A stretch of DNA of 64,000 nucleotides from Octopus vulgaris (lineage: Eukaryota): assembly GCA_951406725.2 (NCBI GenBank), contig OX597824.1, positions 46,686,001 to 46,750,000 on the forward strand, read 5' to 3'. Below are positions 23,971 through 36,378 of this stretch, piece after piece (the first letter of the stretch is position 1; each line of letters starts with the position of its first letter). Position numbers and translations under genes: made by a program. Under the pieces are notes generated by a model. The model had not been told where the DNA came from. It did no database searches and was given only the letters and a program-made list of their open reading frames with translations.

Positions 23971-25819
23971 CTAAAATAGGAAATAAAAATAAATGTATTC
24001 TACTCTTTATCAACTTCCTTTCTCATCCTTTCACCTCTCTATCTCTCACCTCATCTTTCTATCTCTCTCTCACCATTTCTATCTTCCACATGAATATAAA
24101 TATACAAATATGAAACTATTTAAACAACAAGTTGTGACCGAAACATAACTGGACAGTGAAAGTTGAAATACAGAAAAATTGCACAATGAAGTTCAAAGAA
24201 TCACTTAAAATTGCTGCCAATGAACCTTTGTCAAGAAATTTAAATAACTGTACTTCATCATTAACATTTATGAAAAATGTCCCCTTATGATATTTATGAC
24301 ATCCAGAGACTTATTTTTAAGGCTTGTTGACTAGATATCTTTTATCTTTTACTTATTTCAGTCATTAAACTGCAGCCATGCTGGGGCACCACCTTGAAGA
24401 ATTTTAGTCAATTGAATCAACCCAAGTACTTATGTTTTTTTAAGCCTGGTATTTATTCTATTGGTTTATGTTGCCAAACCACTAAGTTACATGAACATAA
24501 ACACACCAACACCGATGGTCAACATACACACACATGCAAACACACACACATGCACACACACACACATACACACACACATACAATAGGCTTTTTTTAGTTT
24601 CCTTCTACCAAATCCATTCACAAGGCTTTGGTTGGCCCATGGCTATTGTAGAAGACACTTGCCCAAGATGTCATGCAGTGAGACTAAACCCAAAGCACAT
24701 GTAGTTGGGAAGCAAACTTCTTATCAGATAACCAATAAAAGCGTAAGTAAAAGTCTTGTGAGCACATGCTTTAGTTAAACAGATTTGGAAGCAATCCTAC
24801 ATCATCAAGACTCAGTAATTTATCTTCAGAATACTTCAGAAGCTGAGTACCTGAATAAAGAGTCTGACATGAATAAAAAGAAAGAAGACTGTTTGTGAAA
24901 TCAATAATGATATGTATATTGATAAATCATTCCTTTGAAATCCTAAAACCAAGGTACCATGAAAAAGCATTGGTGTGGGTGCTGGTGTCACATAAAAAGC
25001 ACAGGTAATGGTTCCACATAAAAAGCACCCAGTACATTCTGTAAAGTGGTTGGCATTAGGAAGGGCATCCAGTCATAGAAACCAAGCTAAAATAGACTAT
25101 GGAACCTAGCCTTGCCAGTTCCTGTCAAGCCATCCAACCCATACCAACATGGAAAATGGATATTAATGATGATGATGATGACGACGACAACGACGACGAC
25201 TCAAGTAAACCTCTTATAATTTTAGTAACATATGCCTGGAATTCCAGTACAAAGAAAAATCAAACCCTGCTACTCTAGTCACAGCTTAGTGTAAAGTGAT
25301 AATAGTTGTAATGTTAGAATTTTAATGTGATGTACTTGTAGTTAGATAGTATGTCCATGACAAACCAAATAACTAATACCAGTAATGTCTAAGGTGTATC
25401 TGTCTCTTTTTATTGGTTCCATAAATTTAAAATCTTTAGAAACAAGTTTTTTTTAGTGGGTTTTTATCTCTTTGGCTTGTTAAATGGAACAAAGTAGAAA
25501 ATTATGGTAAATTTATTTCAATTTATCTCAATATGTGAAATTTTTTATTGAGTCCATAATAACAAATAACAGTGATAGAAGACATAGCAGTCCGCAGCAG
25601 GATTCAACACCAGATTCTAGGGGAATGAAACTGAATACTGTAAAAGATTTTAGTTCCACTTTATATCATTTCTGCCTACTCGACAGCCCCAGGCTTTGAA
25701 TAAATAATACAGTACAGCAGGCATTAACCTATAATTACCATATTTCAGCTGAAATACACAGCCTTTGTTGCAATTAACAATGAATACAATGAAGAATTTA
25801 GTAAAATAATTTTGTCATT

Positions 25820-26016
25820 AATAACCTGTTTGTTACCAGATTTCTGTTGAAATATGCTGTCTTTGTTTCAATTGATTTTGTAAATACTGAAGAATTTGTC
25901 ATTATTAATCAGGTGTTTGGAACAAATTAATATCAAATTTTGATGTAAGGTTAAAATTTAGATGTGTGGTCAAAGAATTGGGGGCAGTCTCAGGGAGGTT
26001 GGTATCAAAAGGGTTG
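25820..26016. mobile_element. piggyBac-like MITE (second copy ~42311-42548)
   Basis: Termini ccc/cctttt-gttacc ... ggtatcaaaagggtt; the second copy ends in TTAA; interiors are similar. Confidence 0.5.
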
Positions 26017-27164
26017 ATCAACTTCTATCTATTAGAATATTATATTTGAACTCTTCAACTTGCATGAAATAGCAACAAAATCTCTCTCATATCATACCCT
26101 ACAAAATTCAAGTGCTAAGTATAAAATCTTTGATGAAATATTTAACCATAGTTCAATAAAAAATATTTTATTAGAGTTCTATTTGACCAGGGCTGACCTG
26201 GGGCAAAACAACAACTGGAATATACTTCAGTTATAGTGCTCCCACTGATTACCACATTCTCATTTCATTGAGTTTATTTACACTCAGATAGGGTAAACCA
26301 ACTGCAGTTAAGTGTTTTTTCCAGAGCTATACCAGGGAAAATATAGAAAACCTTGGCTTGTTGGCTGAGACCCTAGAGGGTTAGGTTAATTACAGTGTAT
26401 AGGCACTGCAGAACTACAGCACCCACTATTTCCACCCGATATCAATAACATTCAATATAATGAGTCCTTTTTTTCTTTAATTCTTTCTTTTTACATGTAC
26501 ATTATATAATCCTTAAGCTTAATGTTAGTAGCCATCCCCTAGTTTATGAAAAAAAATACAAAAATCCTTGTACAGAACTGTGCACTTCACAGTTCCAGCA
26601 ATGCAATGTTTGGCTGTTGTGCACATCCTCACATGTTCAAGATAGGAAGCTGCATGCTAGGGAAAGAAACCACTGTGCTTCACGCAGTGCCAACCCTGGT
26701 GTGCTGGTGAAAGGTAGTGTTTCTTTTTGACTATGTATGTGTTGTGCTTAAAAATGTGTTTATATTCTTGAATGTGATGAAGTGTAGAATTAGATTATAA
26801 TCCTGCTTCCAGTGACAGTGTTCTGCAAGGATTTGAAAAATAGGGCAGATTTTGCCCCCTTATTTTGTGATTTAGGGGGAATTTTCGAAAAACAAGGTGG
26901 GAATTCACAGCAGTGTTCAGTGAACATATTAAATACACTATCTGGCAGTGGCTAAAATGTGAACCGATCAAGTTTATGTATAAATTTTCTTTTTATATGT
27001 TTGTTTCCTTTTACATAATATTAAAACAATGGCTAAAAATTTTCTGAGGCAGCACCCTCATTAATTTTATCTACAAGCTGCCGCTGGTTACAGTACATGA
27101 TCCTATGCTGTTAGTCAGCCTATTACTACATCTACCTCCAGTAGAATTACAAGATACATCTTAC

Positions 27165-27317
27165 CAATGTATTCACTAGTTCCCGTTTAGCCAACTCTAT
27201 TGAGTTAAAAGTACAAATTGAATAGTTCTGCATCTCTGCAAGTGGTTGCTTGATTTCCACCATCTTCTGAGGTACTGCCTTCATTCTGTTTTCTTCACTT
27301 TGAAGATGTACCAGTTT
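27165..27317 (-). CDS. CFAP92: CFAP92-like exon 11 (KLVHLQSEEN...QNYSICTFNSIELAKRELVNTL)
   Basis: Acceptor attttcag, donor gtaaga; 153 nt, phase 0-0; NYS..TFNS.E.AK motif. Confidence 0.85.
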
Positions 27318-28579
27318 CTGAAAATAATGATATAAACATATAATTTTTATTTTTAGTAAACACAGTTAAGTTGTTTTCTGTTTTGGCTGTTCATTTATTT
27401 ATTATACTCCAGGATTTTTGAAATAGCAACTAATTTTAATTAGAAACTATCTCACTTGAATGCTATCAAACTATGGCCTACTTGACAAATAAAGAAGAGA
27501 AATATTCATAATTACCATTTTGCCTTCCTCTGAGCAAAATATTCATTTTTTTAAAAATCTAAACTAAAATGGGACTGTAATTGTAGCATTCCCAAGACCC
27601 TTCAGACTGATGAATAAGAATGAGTTAGATTAATGTATAAATTAGTCTTAACAATTTAATGTTCAGACCACTGAGAGTTAACAACAAATAATTATGTGAT
27701 GAATAAAAACAAAAAAAAAATTTGGTCAATAGATAATGTACTATTTTCAACTTTTTAGTAAGAACAGCAGACAACTTTCAATCTTAGTCTGAGCTGATGT
27801 GGTAAGTCTAACTTTGACCAGCGTGATCATTGCCAGAGCAACAAGCTGGCCTCCGTGCCAATGGCACGTAAAAAGCACCATTTGAGCATGATCGTTACCT
27901 GCATCACCCTACTGGCACTTGTGCTGGTGGCACATGAAAAAACATTCGAGCGAGGTTGTTGCCAGTGCTGCTGGACTGGCTCCTGTGCAGGTGGCACATA
28001 AAAAGCACCATTTGAGTGCAGCCATTGCCAGTACCACCTGACTAGCCCTCGTGCCGGTGGCACATAAAAGTACTCGTTACACTCTTGGAGTGGTTGGCAT
28101 TAGGAAGGGCATCCAGCTGTAGAAACTCTGCCAGATCAGATTGGAGTCTGGTGCAGCTATCTGGTTCGCCAGACCTCAGTCAAATCGTCCAACCTATGCT
28201 AGCATGAAAAGCAGATGTTAAACAATGATGATGATGATAATGAATGATGAAAGAATAACTAAGTAAATATACAATATTATATATTTGTTAAAACAGAAAA
28301 GAAAATGTTTCAGAAATAAAATTAGCTACTATTACAAGAAAATAATAATTAAGTTTATTTTAACATATTTTGTACATAGTGCATTTGTAAGTCAACTAGG
28401 AATGAATACTCTGTGAGAAAAAAATTATGTTATGACAATGAATTTTTATTTCCATGATACAAATTATTCCTACTTCAGCAACAAAGTATATCATTAATTG
28501 TAATGTAATGATGAAATAAATCACTAAATACATGTATAAAACATAGTGCATTTGTTGCTAATATTATAGATAAATCATG

Positions 28580-29050
28580 AGGTAGTGAACTGGCAGAATT
28601 GTTATAACACCAGGCAAAATACTTTGCTGCATTTCGTTCATCTTCATGTTCAAATTCCACTGAGGTTCAAATTCCACTTTGCTTTTTGGGGTTAATAAAA
28701 TAAGTATCAATTTTAACCTTACATCAAAATTTGATATTAATACTGGGGGTCGATGTAATCAACTAATTCCCTCCCTTGAAATTACTGGCCTTCTACCAAA
28801 ACTTGAAAGCAATATTAAAAATAAATCATAAGGCAGCAAGCTGGCAAAATTGTTAGCATACCAGGCAAAATGCTTATTGGCATTTTGTCCTTCTTTACTT
28901 TCTGAGTTCAAATGCTGCCAAGGTTGACTTTGCCTTTCATTCTTTTGGAATTGATAAAATAAGTACTAGTTGAGCACTGGAGTCAATGTAATAAACTAAC
29001 CCTTCTCCTAAAATTACTGGCCTTGTACCAAAATTTGAAACCAATATTAT
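28580..29050 (+). mobile_element. Two tandem copies of SINE family B (gagctggcagaa...ttctgagttcaaat...gactttgcctttcatcc). Others at ~36920-37135, ~40975-41200(-), ~52098-52452(-), ~56818-57045, ~58130-58270
   Basis: Recurrent ~220-bp sequence with a B-box-like GAGTTCAAATTCC. Confidence 0.75.
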
Positions 29051-29144
29051 AGATATATCAATATACAGAATTATTCCGAGTTAAAATGTACAACAATCAA
29101 TTATTACTACTAAAAGAAATTGGTAACTAGAGGAAATTACTTAC

Positions 29145-29281
29145 AGCATTATGTTTTATAAAGTTGACTGTTTTATGGCGCTCGTCTTTTTTCCTCTGTG
29201 GGCAAGATTCCATTGGAATTGGTTTAGCATCCTCTATTGTATCAACTTTAATATCCTCTTTATCAGCCAGGTTAGTTATTG
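29145..29281 (-). CDS. CFAP92: CFAP92-like exon 10 (ITNLADKEDIK...TVNFIKHNA)
   Basis: Acceptor gtcttcaatag, donor gtaagt; 137 nt, phase 1-0 fits both neighbours. Confidence 0.7.
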
Positions 29282-29946
29282 CTATTGAAGACATATATAT
29301 TCCATAATATTTAGGAAAAAGTGCTTACACTTCCCTCTCTCATACACACACAAACCTTACTACACACACACACACAAACCTTACTACACACACACACACA
29401 CACAAAGTCATATTTCTCAGAAAACATACAATAGTAGTATGTTTATGTATTTGTTTTGCATGATGCCTGATGTAAAATTGTCTACTGGAACAGATATTGT
29501 TATATTTGGGGAGGGTCATGCATTTGTTTTTTTTCTTCTTACTAAATAACCACATACACTATATACTCATTCTTCACTTCAACTTTATTGTTATTCTTAT
29601 TTTAGTGTCCTTTGTCTGGAAATCTTTCATCAGTGAAGAGGTCACAATGTGTGTGGTGAAAGATTTCAGGCAGAGGATACTAAAATAAGAATAATAATAA
29701 GGCTGAAGTGAAGAATGCATATATAGTGCATGTGGTTATTTGACAAAAAAAAAAAAATCCCAAAATATAACAATATGATATTGGCTTTATCAATAAATTC
29801 TTATGCGTCCAATATTAGCACAAACAGATTACCAAACGACTTATCAAATCCCTAAAAAATTCTAATTATGATTTCTCCATTTAGCCATTTAACATCTATT
29901 TATTCTTAATAAAAAAAAAAAAGAATTAAAATCAAATTATCCTCAC

Positions 29947-30067
29947 CCTCAGTCTTGATGTCTTCTGGTGTGAAGGAGACAAATACACTAGTCAGGGATC
30001 GTATCATATCTGCATCAGGAAAGCATTTATAGTATACAGCATCCATCAGCCTGTTGCATCCAATCAG
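29947..30067 (-). CDS. CFAP92: CFAP92-like exon 9 (LIGCNRLMDAVYYKCFPDADMIRSLTSVF...)
   Basis: Acceptor ttttacag, donor gtgagg; 121 nt, phase 0-1; FP.A.MI..L...F motif. Confidence 0.82.
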
Positions 30068-30980
30068 CTGTAAAATAAACATATATATATATATATGTGT
30101 TGTTTGATTTCCTTATTTTTCTTCTTTTTACCTATGTGAGTCACAAATATTGTTATCTGTGGGAACATATTTTGCAGGAAAAAGAAATAGCAGTCTTTTA
30201 GCTGCTATTTCTAAATTTTCGGTATGTGGTGAAGCAACTTGTTGCTAAACCCTTAAATATAGTTATAATAATACATGAAAAACGTTTTTGTATAAGTTTT
30301 TACCGATTATGGTTCTTTTCCATACCGAAACTACTTGGTAAGATTTATTAATTTATTAAATTAATAATTTTTTACCTTATATCTGTGATATATATATATG
30401 TGTGTGTGTGTGTGTGTATGTGTAAGTGTATATATGTCTAAATCTGTGTGTGTGTGTGTGTGTGTGTATGTAGATAAATCACTGTATCACTATCGAACTG
30501 ACTATTGGATGTGTTTATGCACTACTGATCACAACACACTTCCTTACGTTGTTGTAGCTTTTGAATAATACCAGCCCACTGACTAGGCAGGCCAATGTGT
30601 GTGCATGCATGTGTGTGTGTGAGTGAACATGTGTGTGTGTGTGTGTGTGTGTGTGCATGTGTGTGTATATCTTTCAGTCATTTGACTGAGGCCATGCTGG
30701 ATCACTGCCTTAAAGGGTTTTAGTCAAAGCCTAGAACTTATTCTGTCAGACTCTTTTGTGAACCACTAAGTTGTGGGAATGTAAACACACCAACATTGAT
30801 TGTCAAGCAGTGGTTGGGAGACAAACACAGACACAAAAGACACACATGCATAAATATATACATACATACATACATACATACATACATACATACACATATA
30901 TATATATATATATATAAACAGAGTGACAGACAGACAGATAGAAAGATAGATATGTATGTATATATGTATGCATATATATC

Positions 30981-31033
<53 letters not shown>

Positions 31034-31490
31034 AGTTTCCCACAGCTATTTTTGTCTTAGGAGTCTTATCACATTCTTTAAAGAATTTGATAGCTTTGAG
31101 TGGTGATGTCTGTTTGTTGGCTTTAACTCTCTGCAGGTCCACTCACGTGACAATTTCTTTAAAGGCCTGTATAGTCTTCTCCTAGTTATCTACAGCATCT
31201 GGTCAAAAATATGGTTCAGAGTGTGAAGAGTTGCTTCACACACCTTGCAGAGTAGGTCTTGTTCTTTGCTCAGATTTTAAGGTTATTTGGGGCTGGAAAG
31301 AAGTCAGCAACAGTACATAGAAGGAAGGACAACTTTTCCTAGTCAGTACTCCAGAATTTTCTCCAAAACAGTGGTCACTTGAGTGCCTGGTCCCATTGCA
31401 TACACTGTCATTGTCAGACAAGCACTACTGTTTTTGTGTTGTCTTCTTTTACCTTTCAGATGTTCAGATACTGTTATGGTTATGGATTTA

Positions 31491-32760
31491 TTGGGTCATC
31501 ACATAAATAAAGCATTTTATTTATACTTCTTTATTTTTCAAAATCAAGATAAACACAGTTCTTTTTTAATCTAAAATATACTCTCCTTCATTTTCTACAA
31601 TACTTTTCCGTCTATCTGGTAGATTTGCAAGACACCGCTTCCAAAATTCACTTGTCCATGATGAAAGATGCTCCTCCAGTACTGTTCTGACCTCATTTAC
31701 AGAATTCATTTTTATTTTTTTGTCTAAATGATTTTGAAGACTGCAGAATAAATGATAATCAGATGGGGCAATGTCTGGTGAATATGGTGGGTGGGGCATC
31801 GTTTCCCATTCAAACTGCTTCAGCCTTTTTGAATGTCATATTTGCTGTATGTAGCCGAACATTATCCTGATGAAAGAACACCTTTCGTCTTGAAACCAAA
31901 GATGGTCATTTTACTTCTAGAGCTGACTTAAGCTACTCAAGCTGCTCACAGTAAATCTCTTTATTATTATTTGGTTTAGGTTTAAAAGTTCAAAGCAGAC
32001 TAAATCTTTCATATCCCACCAGACAGATAACACATCTTACGTGGGTGAAGCCCTTCTTTAGCCTGGGGTGCTGGTGTTTCTCCTGCCCCTACCCACTGTC
32101 TTTGGCACTAGACATTTTTATAGAGAACCCATTTCTCCTCACCAGACACTATTCGATCCAAAAAAAGGTTCATTCATGAGGCATGACAGCAAAGAAGAGC
32201 ACACATTCACTCTCTGTATGTGATTAGACTTGGAAAGTTTGTGAGGAACCCATTGACCCAATTTGCTAACCTTTCCAATGGCACGCAGGTGTTGATGAAT
32301 GGTTGAATGACCAAATCCAGGCTTCTCTGCTAGTTTCTGAGCAATTACGATGGGATTTTGTTCCACCAGGGTTTGCATGATGTCCACGTCAAGCTCTGCA
32401 GATCTTCCAGGATGAGGCTCATCTTCTAGGCAGTAGTTTCCAGCTTGGAATTTCTGGAACCACTGTTGACACTGGCTTGCGCTTATCGTCTGACCCCTAT
32501 ATACTGCATTCCTTGCACTTTCTGTTGTATTGTTGCATTTATTTAACTCATAAAGCAAAATATGCTCCTTTGTCACTTCCATTATAGCTTTGAAAAAATA
32601 ACTCTTAAAATCGAACTGTACTCTTCAAAACTTGCACTAAGAATAAGTACAAGTTAAATTGCTACCTGCTTTTATAGCAAGTTGATGCAGGTAGTCTATC
32701 TCATCTCTGACTTTTAGTTCATGCAATTGAAAAAACTGCATTGTTTATGGGGTGACCTAA
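31491..32760 (-). mobile_element. Full-length degenerate mariner element (~1.27 kb) with TIRs and TA target duplication
   Basis: TIRs ttgggtcatcacataaa / tttatggggtgacctaa, each flanked by TA; transposase pieces 32582-31566 with WVPHKL and HPPYSPDIAPSDYHLF. Confidence 0.92.
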
Positions 32761-34449
32761 TATATTTTTTGTATAAAAACTTGTTTATTTTTTTAAATAT
32801 ATTATTAATAATTTTCTTTATAATTTTTATATATTTTTACCTTTTTTATAATTTTTATATATTTACATTTTAAATTTTTAAATTTTTCTATCTGAATACA
32901 CTTCTTTATATATTCTAAATAATTTAAAACTATTTACTTTATATTTAATACTTAATATTTGATATCTTATCATTACCCTCCCATAATTGGTGCATATGTT
33001 CAAAAACTTCTTACTTTTATTTTATAAATATTATATATCTTCATTTTTACCCTAATATTATTTATATACTCTATATTTCTTTAAAATTTTAATTTTCTTA
33101 TTACTTTTATATCTTAATGCATCTCTTTTTCTTATAATTTTAAGTACCTTTTAATTATGTACCTATATTTACTTTTTAATTTATCTTATTGCTATATTAT
33201 AACTCTGTTAAATTGTAGAAGGTTCTTTTTATTCCCATGCAATGATTCCAAGTCAAGCCCCCATAACCATTATTCCATTATCCTTCAAAGTCTTCCTCCT
33301 TTAATATTATGGCAATTAGTAACAGTTGGGTCATCTTTCTTTCTTTTTTCTCTTTATCCTCCCTTCCACATCCCTCACTTCCTTGTTAATGCCCTCTGCC
33401 TTGTCAACTTGTGGAGATAAAGCAGTTCCATCACAAACGACCTTGATAATTTAGTAGGTTAACCTGGCCACAAATCGTTTTTTTAACACTGACCAATAGA
33501 CATTAAACAACTCCTTAATAGATAAACCTAGACTAATGGAGCTGCACCCTCCTCTCTTGTTAGAAGCATAATGGAAGGCAAGTTTTATGATATCGAGAGA
33601 ATATCACCTTCTCCCATTATATTTTGTTCTTCGTGTAGTTCTGGCTCCAGCAGGCAAAGAAAGAAGTCTTTAAGTACAAATGCAATTTACAACTGGTTTC
33701 TTAACAAGTTTCAAAGAATAGATGAAGGGGGTTGCTCTCTGCAACCATCTCAAGCTGTGTGCGTTGTGTTGTATCTCCATTAGTGTGGGCACATTGCCTC
33801 TGGAAGTACAACATGCAGACAGGCCCAGCCAGTGAAGTGTGCTCAGCAAGCACTGCTGCGAAGAAGCAGAGAGAATGAATCTGTTTCTGTTTGGCCCTTA
33901 TATACAGTTTGCGATCGCAAGCCTCGTTGTGATCTCGCGCATGGCAAATGGATGCAGGTGAAGTCTTGCTCCAGTCTCGGAGATGGCAATGGCTACCGCG
34001 AGATCTCATCCAATATGGCGCTGACTGCTTGTGCCGCTACAGAAGTATAGATAATTGGGTCACTGGAGTCATTTATTCTTTCCCCTTCCTAAAAACTCTA
34101 CTAACCTTTAAATGACTCTGTTCTGATCAAATATACACTATTCTGGTAAATCCATTCTGTGAACTTAAATAGTAGCAGAATCACTGTAAATGTTTTTGCT
34201 CCATGGATCTCAAACTATGTTAAATCATTCTGAATGTCCTTTATTTTGAAATTCATGAATTCATCTGACAAAAATGGTTTCTTTAAAATGATATAATGTT
34301 TTCATTAATCAATTAAAGGAGTCATTAGAAATGATTATAATGGACTGATACCTGTACCTCTACACTGTTACTCATTTACATATATATATATATAAGGTTA
34401 TATGCACATGCACACACACATACATACATACATACATACATACATTCAT

Positions 34450-34507
<58 letters not shown>

Positions 34508-34775
34508 GCATATATGTGTGTGTGTATATATGTATGTATATATGTATGTCTTTATTCAGTTTATTTCAAGATTTCTTGCCAATAGAGAATGAACCAGTGT
34601 CTAACCTAGATCCAAGGCTCCTTCATTGTAATTGCAACATCAGGGTATTTATGTGTGTGTATGTGTGTGTGTGTGTGTGTGAATGTATGTAATTATGTAT
34701 GTTTGTGCAGATTTGTATGTTTTATGTATGTATTCTCATGCATATAGTTGCATATCTAGACATGCTCATACATAT

Positions 34776-35155
34776 TTAAATGATAAACTTCTGGAAAGTT
34801 CTACAGATTTTTACAGTTCCAGTGATGGATTGGATCTGTAGGCTTCGAATTAGCTTTTTCTTTTCTGATTTTGAGAAGTCTAATTTCTCAAGATTTGTAT
34901 TTAGACAGTGTCTTACATATCCCAGGGCCCCAATAATTACAGATATAAACCTGAACTTGTAATCTGGATAGAATAACTGCAGATTTATCAAAAGTTCAGC
35001 ATAGATATTCTCTTTTTCACTGATCTTCAGCTTTATGTTAACATCCACTGGGCAGCTAATTTCTACAACTGTGCTCAGTTTCTCATCTCTATCCCAAATC
35101 ATCATATCAAGCCTGTAGTGCTTGAATTTTATTGAGGTCTTTACTGATACATTCC
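34776..35155 (-). mobile_element. 3' fragment of an RLE-type non-LTR retrotransposon (R4/Dong-like)
   Basis: WNVSVKT...LDMMIWDR...VVEISCP.D.NI...EKENIY...IIGALG is a PD-(D/E)XK domain tail; flanked by CA/TACA repeats. Confidence 0.75.
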
Positions 35156-35210
35156 ACCTGTCTGTCTGTCTGTCTGTATGTATGTATGTATGTATGTATG
35201 TATGTATGTA

Positions 35211-35253
<43 letters not shown>

Positions 35254-36196
35254 GTGTGTGTGATGGACAAAAGACTGCATGTATATGAGAGTGTGTGTGT
35301 AAGTGTGTGTCATGTTTTCTGCATTCATCAACAACATAACTTTTATTGTCTTAAAAATTCTCTTATCACAATGTTTGTATGTAATAATCCTATAACTTAT
35401 AAAATTCAAAGGTATACTGGGCTATATTTCAGGGCTTGGATGAATGGCATGACAGTTAGTGTGAGCTGAAGTCAGCTGAAAGAAAGGACGAAAGAAAGAA
35501 GTTAAGGTTAAAAAAAAAAAAAACCACTGAAACTGATAAGAAGTGATAAGAGAATGGTAGACAATAAAAGTTATGTTGTTGATGAATTCAGAAAACATGA
35601 CACACACTTATGTACACTCTCATATACATGCAGTCTTTTGTCCATCATACTCTCACACACACACACACAGAACTACATTTTAAGAAGTATAAACTTAACA
35701 TTCAGTTGAAAGGGGAAAGTAAAAAAAAGCAGTAGGTTTATATGTATGTACATATGTATGTATGTACGTATGTATGTATGTATGTACATATGTACGTATG
35801 TACGTACGTACGTACATACATACATATAGACAGACAGGTAGATAAACAGATAGATAGATACATGCATACTTAGTTATCGGTACATTACTGTTTTAAACCA
35901 ATTATAGGTTTGTTTTTTTGGGGGTTTTTTTCTTTGAGAGCCCCATAAAAATGTGAATAGAAAGGAGTTTGCATTTAACATTTGTTCTTCATGCTGGCAT
36001 GTATTGGATGGTTCAATAGGGTTTGTCATTATGGTTAGCTTTGGTTATGCAACAGTATGGCTGATTGTGACTTCACAACAAGATTTAAATGAAGAACTAT
36101 GATCACAGATGTGTACATATATGCTCTTATATATATCAGTATTTACATATATATATGAAATTGTATGTGCATCCTTATTTGTACATGGTAACTTAC

Positions 36197-36378
36197 ATTA
36201 AAGAGCCGAATCACGCAATCAAAACATGGTCGTGGCACAACATTTCTGACATATAAAAGTGGCTGCTTGAGGATTTTCGACAGTGATAAACTGAGTTTAA
36301 TTTTCAAAATGTTTGTGTTCAGTGAGAGATAAAGACGCTCAGAACATACAAATTCGGTATTATACAGCATGGCGAACC
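36197..36378 (-). CDS. CFAP92: CFAP92-like exon 8 (FAMLYNTEFVCSERLY...ILKQPLLYVRNVVPRPCFDCVIRLFN)
   Basis: Acceptor tgtgttacag, donor gtaagt; 182 nt, phase 1-0; LYN...RLY and QPLLYVR motifs. Confidence 0.87.
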
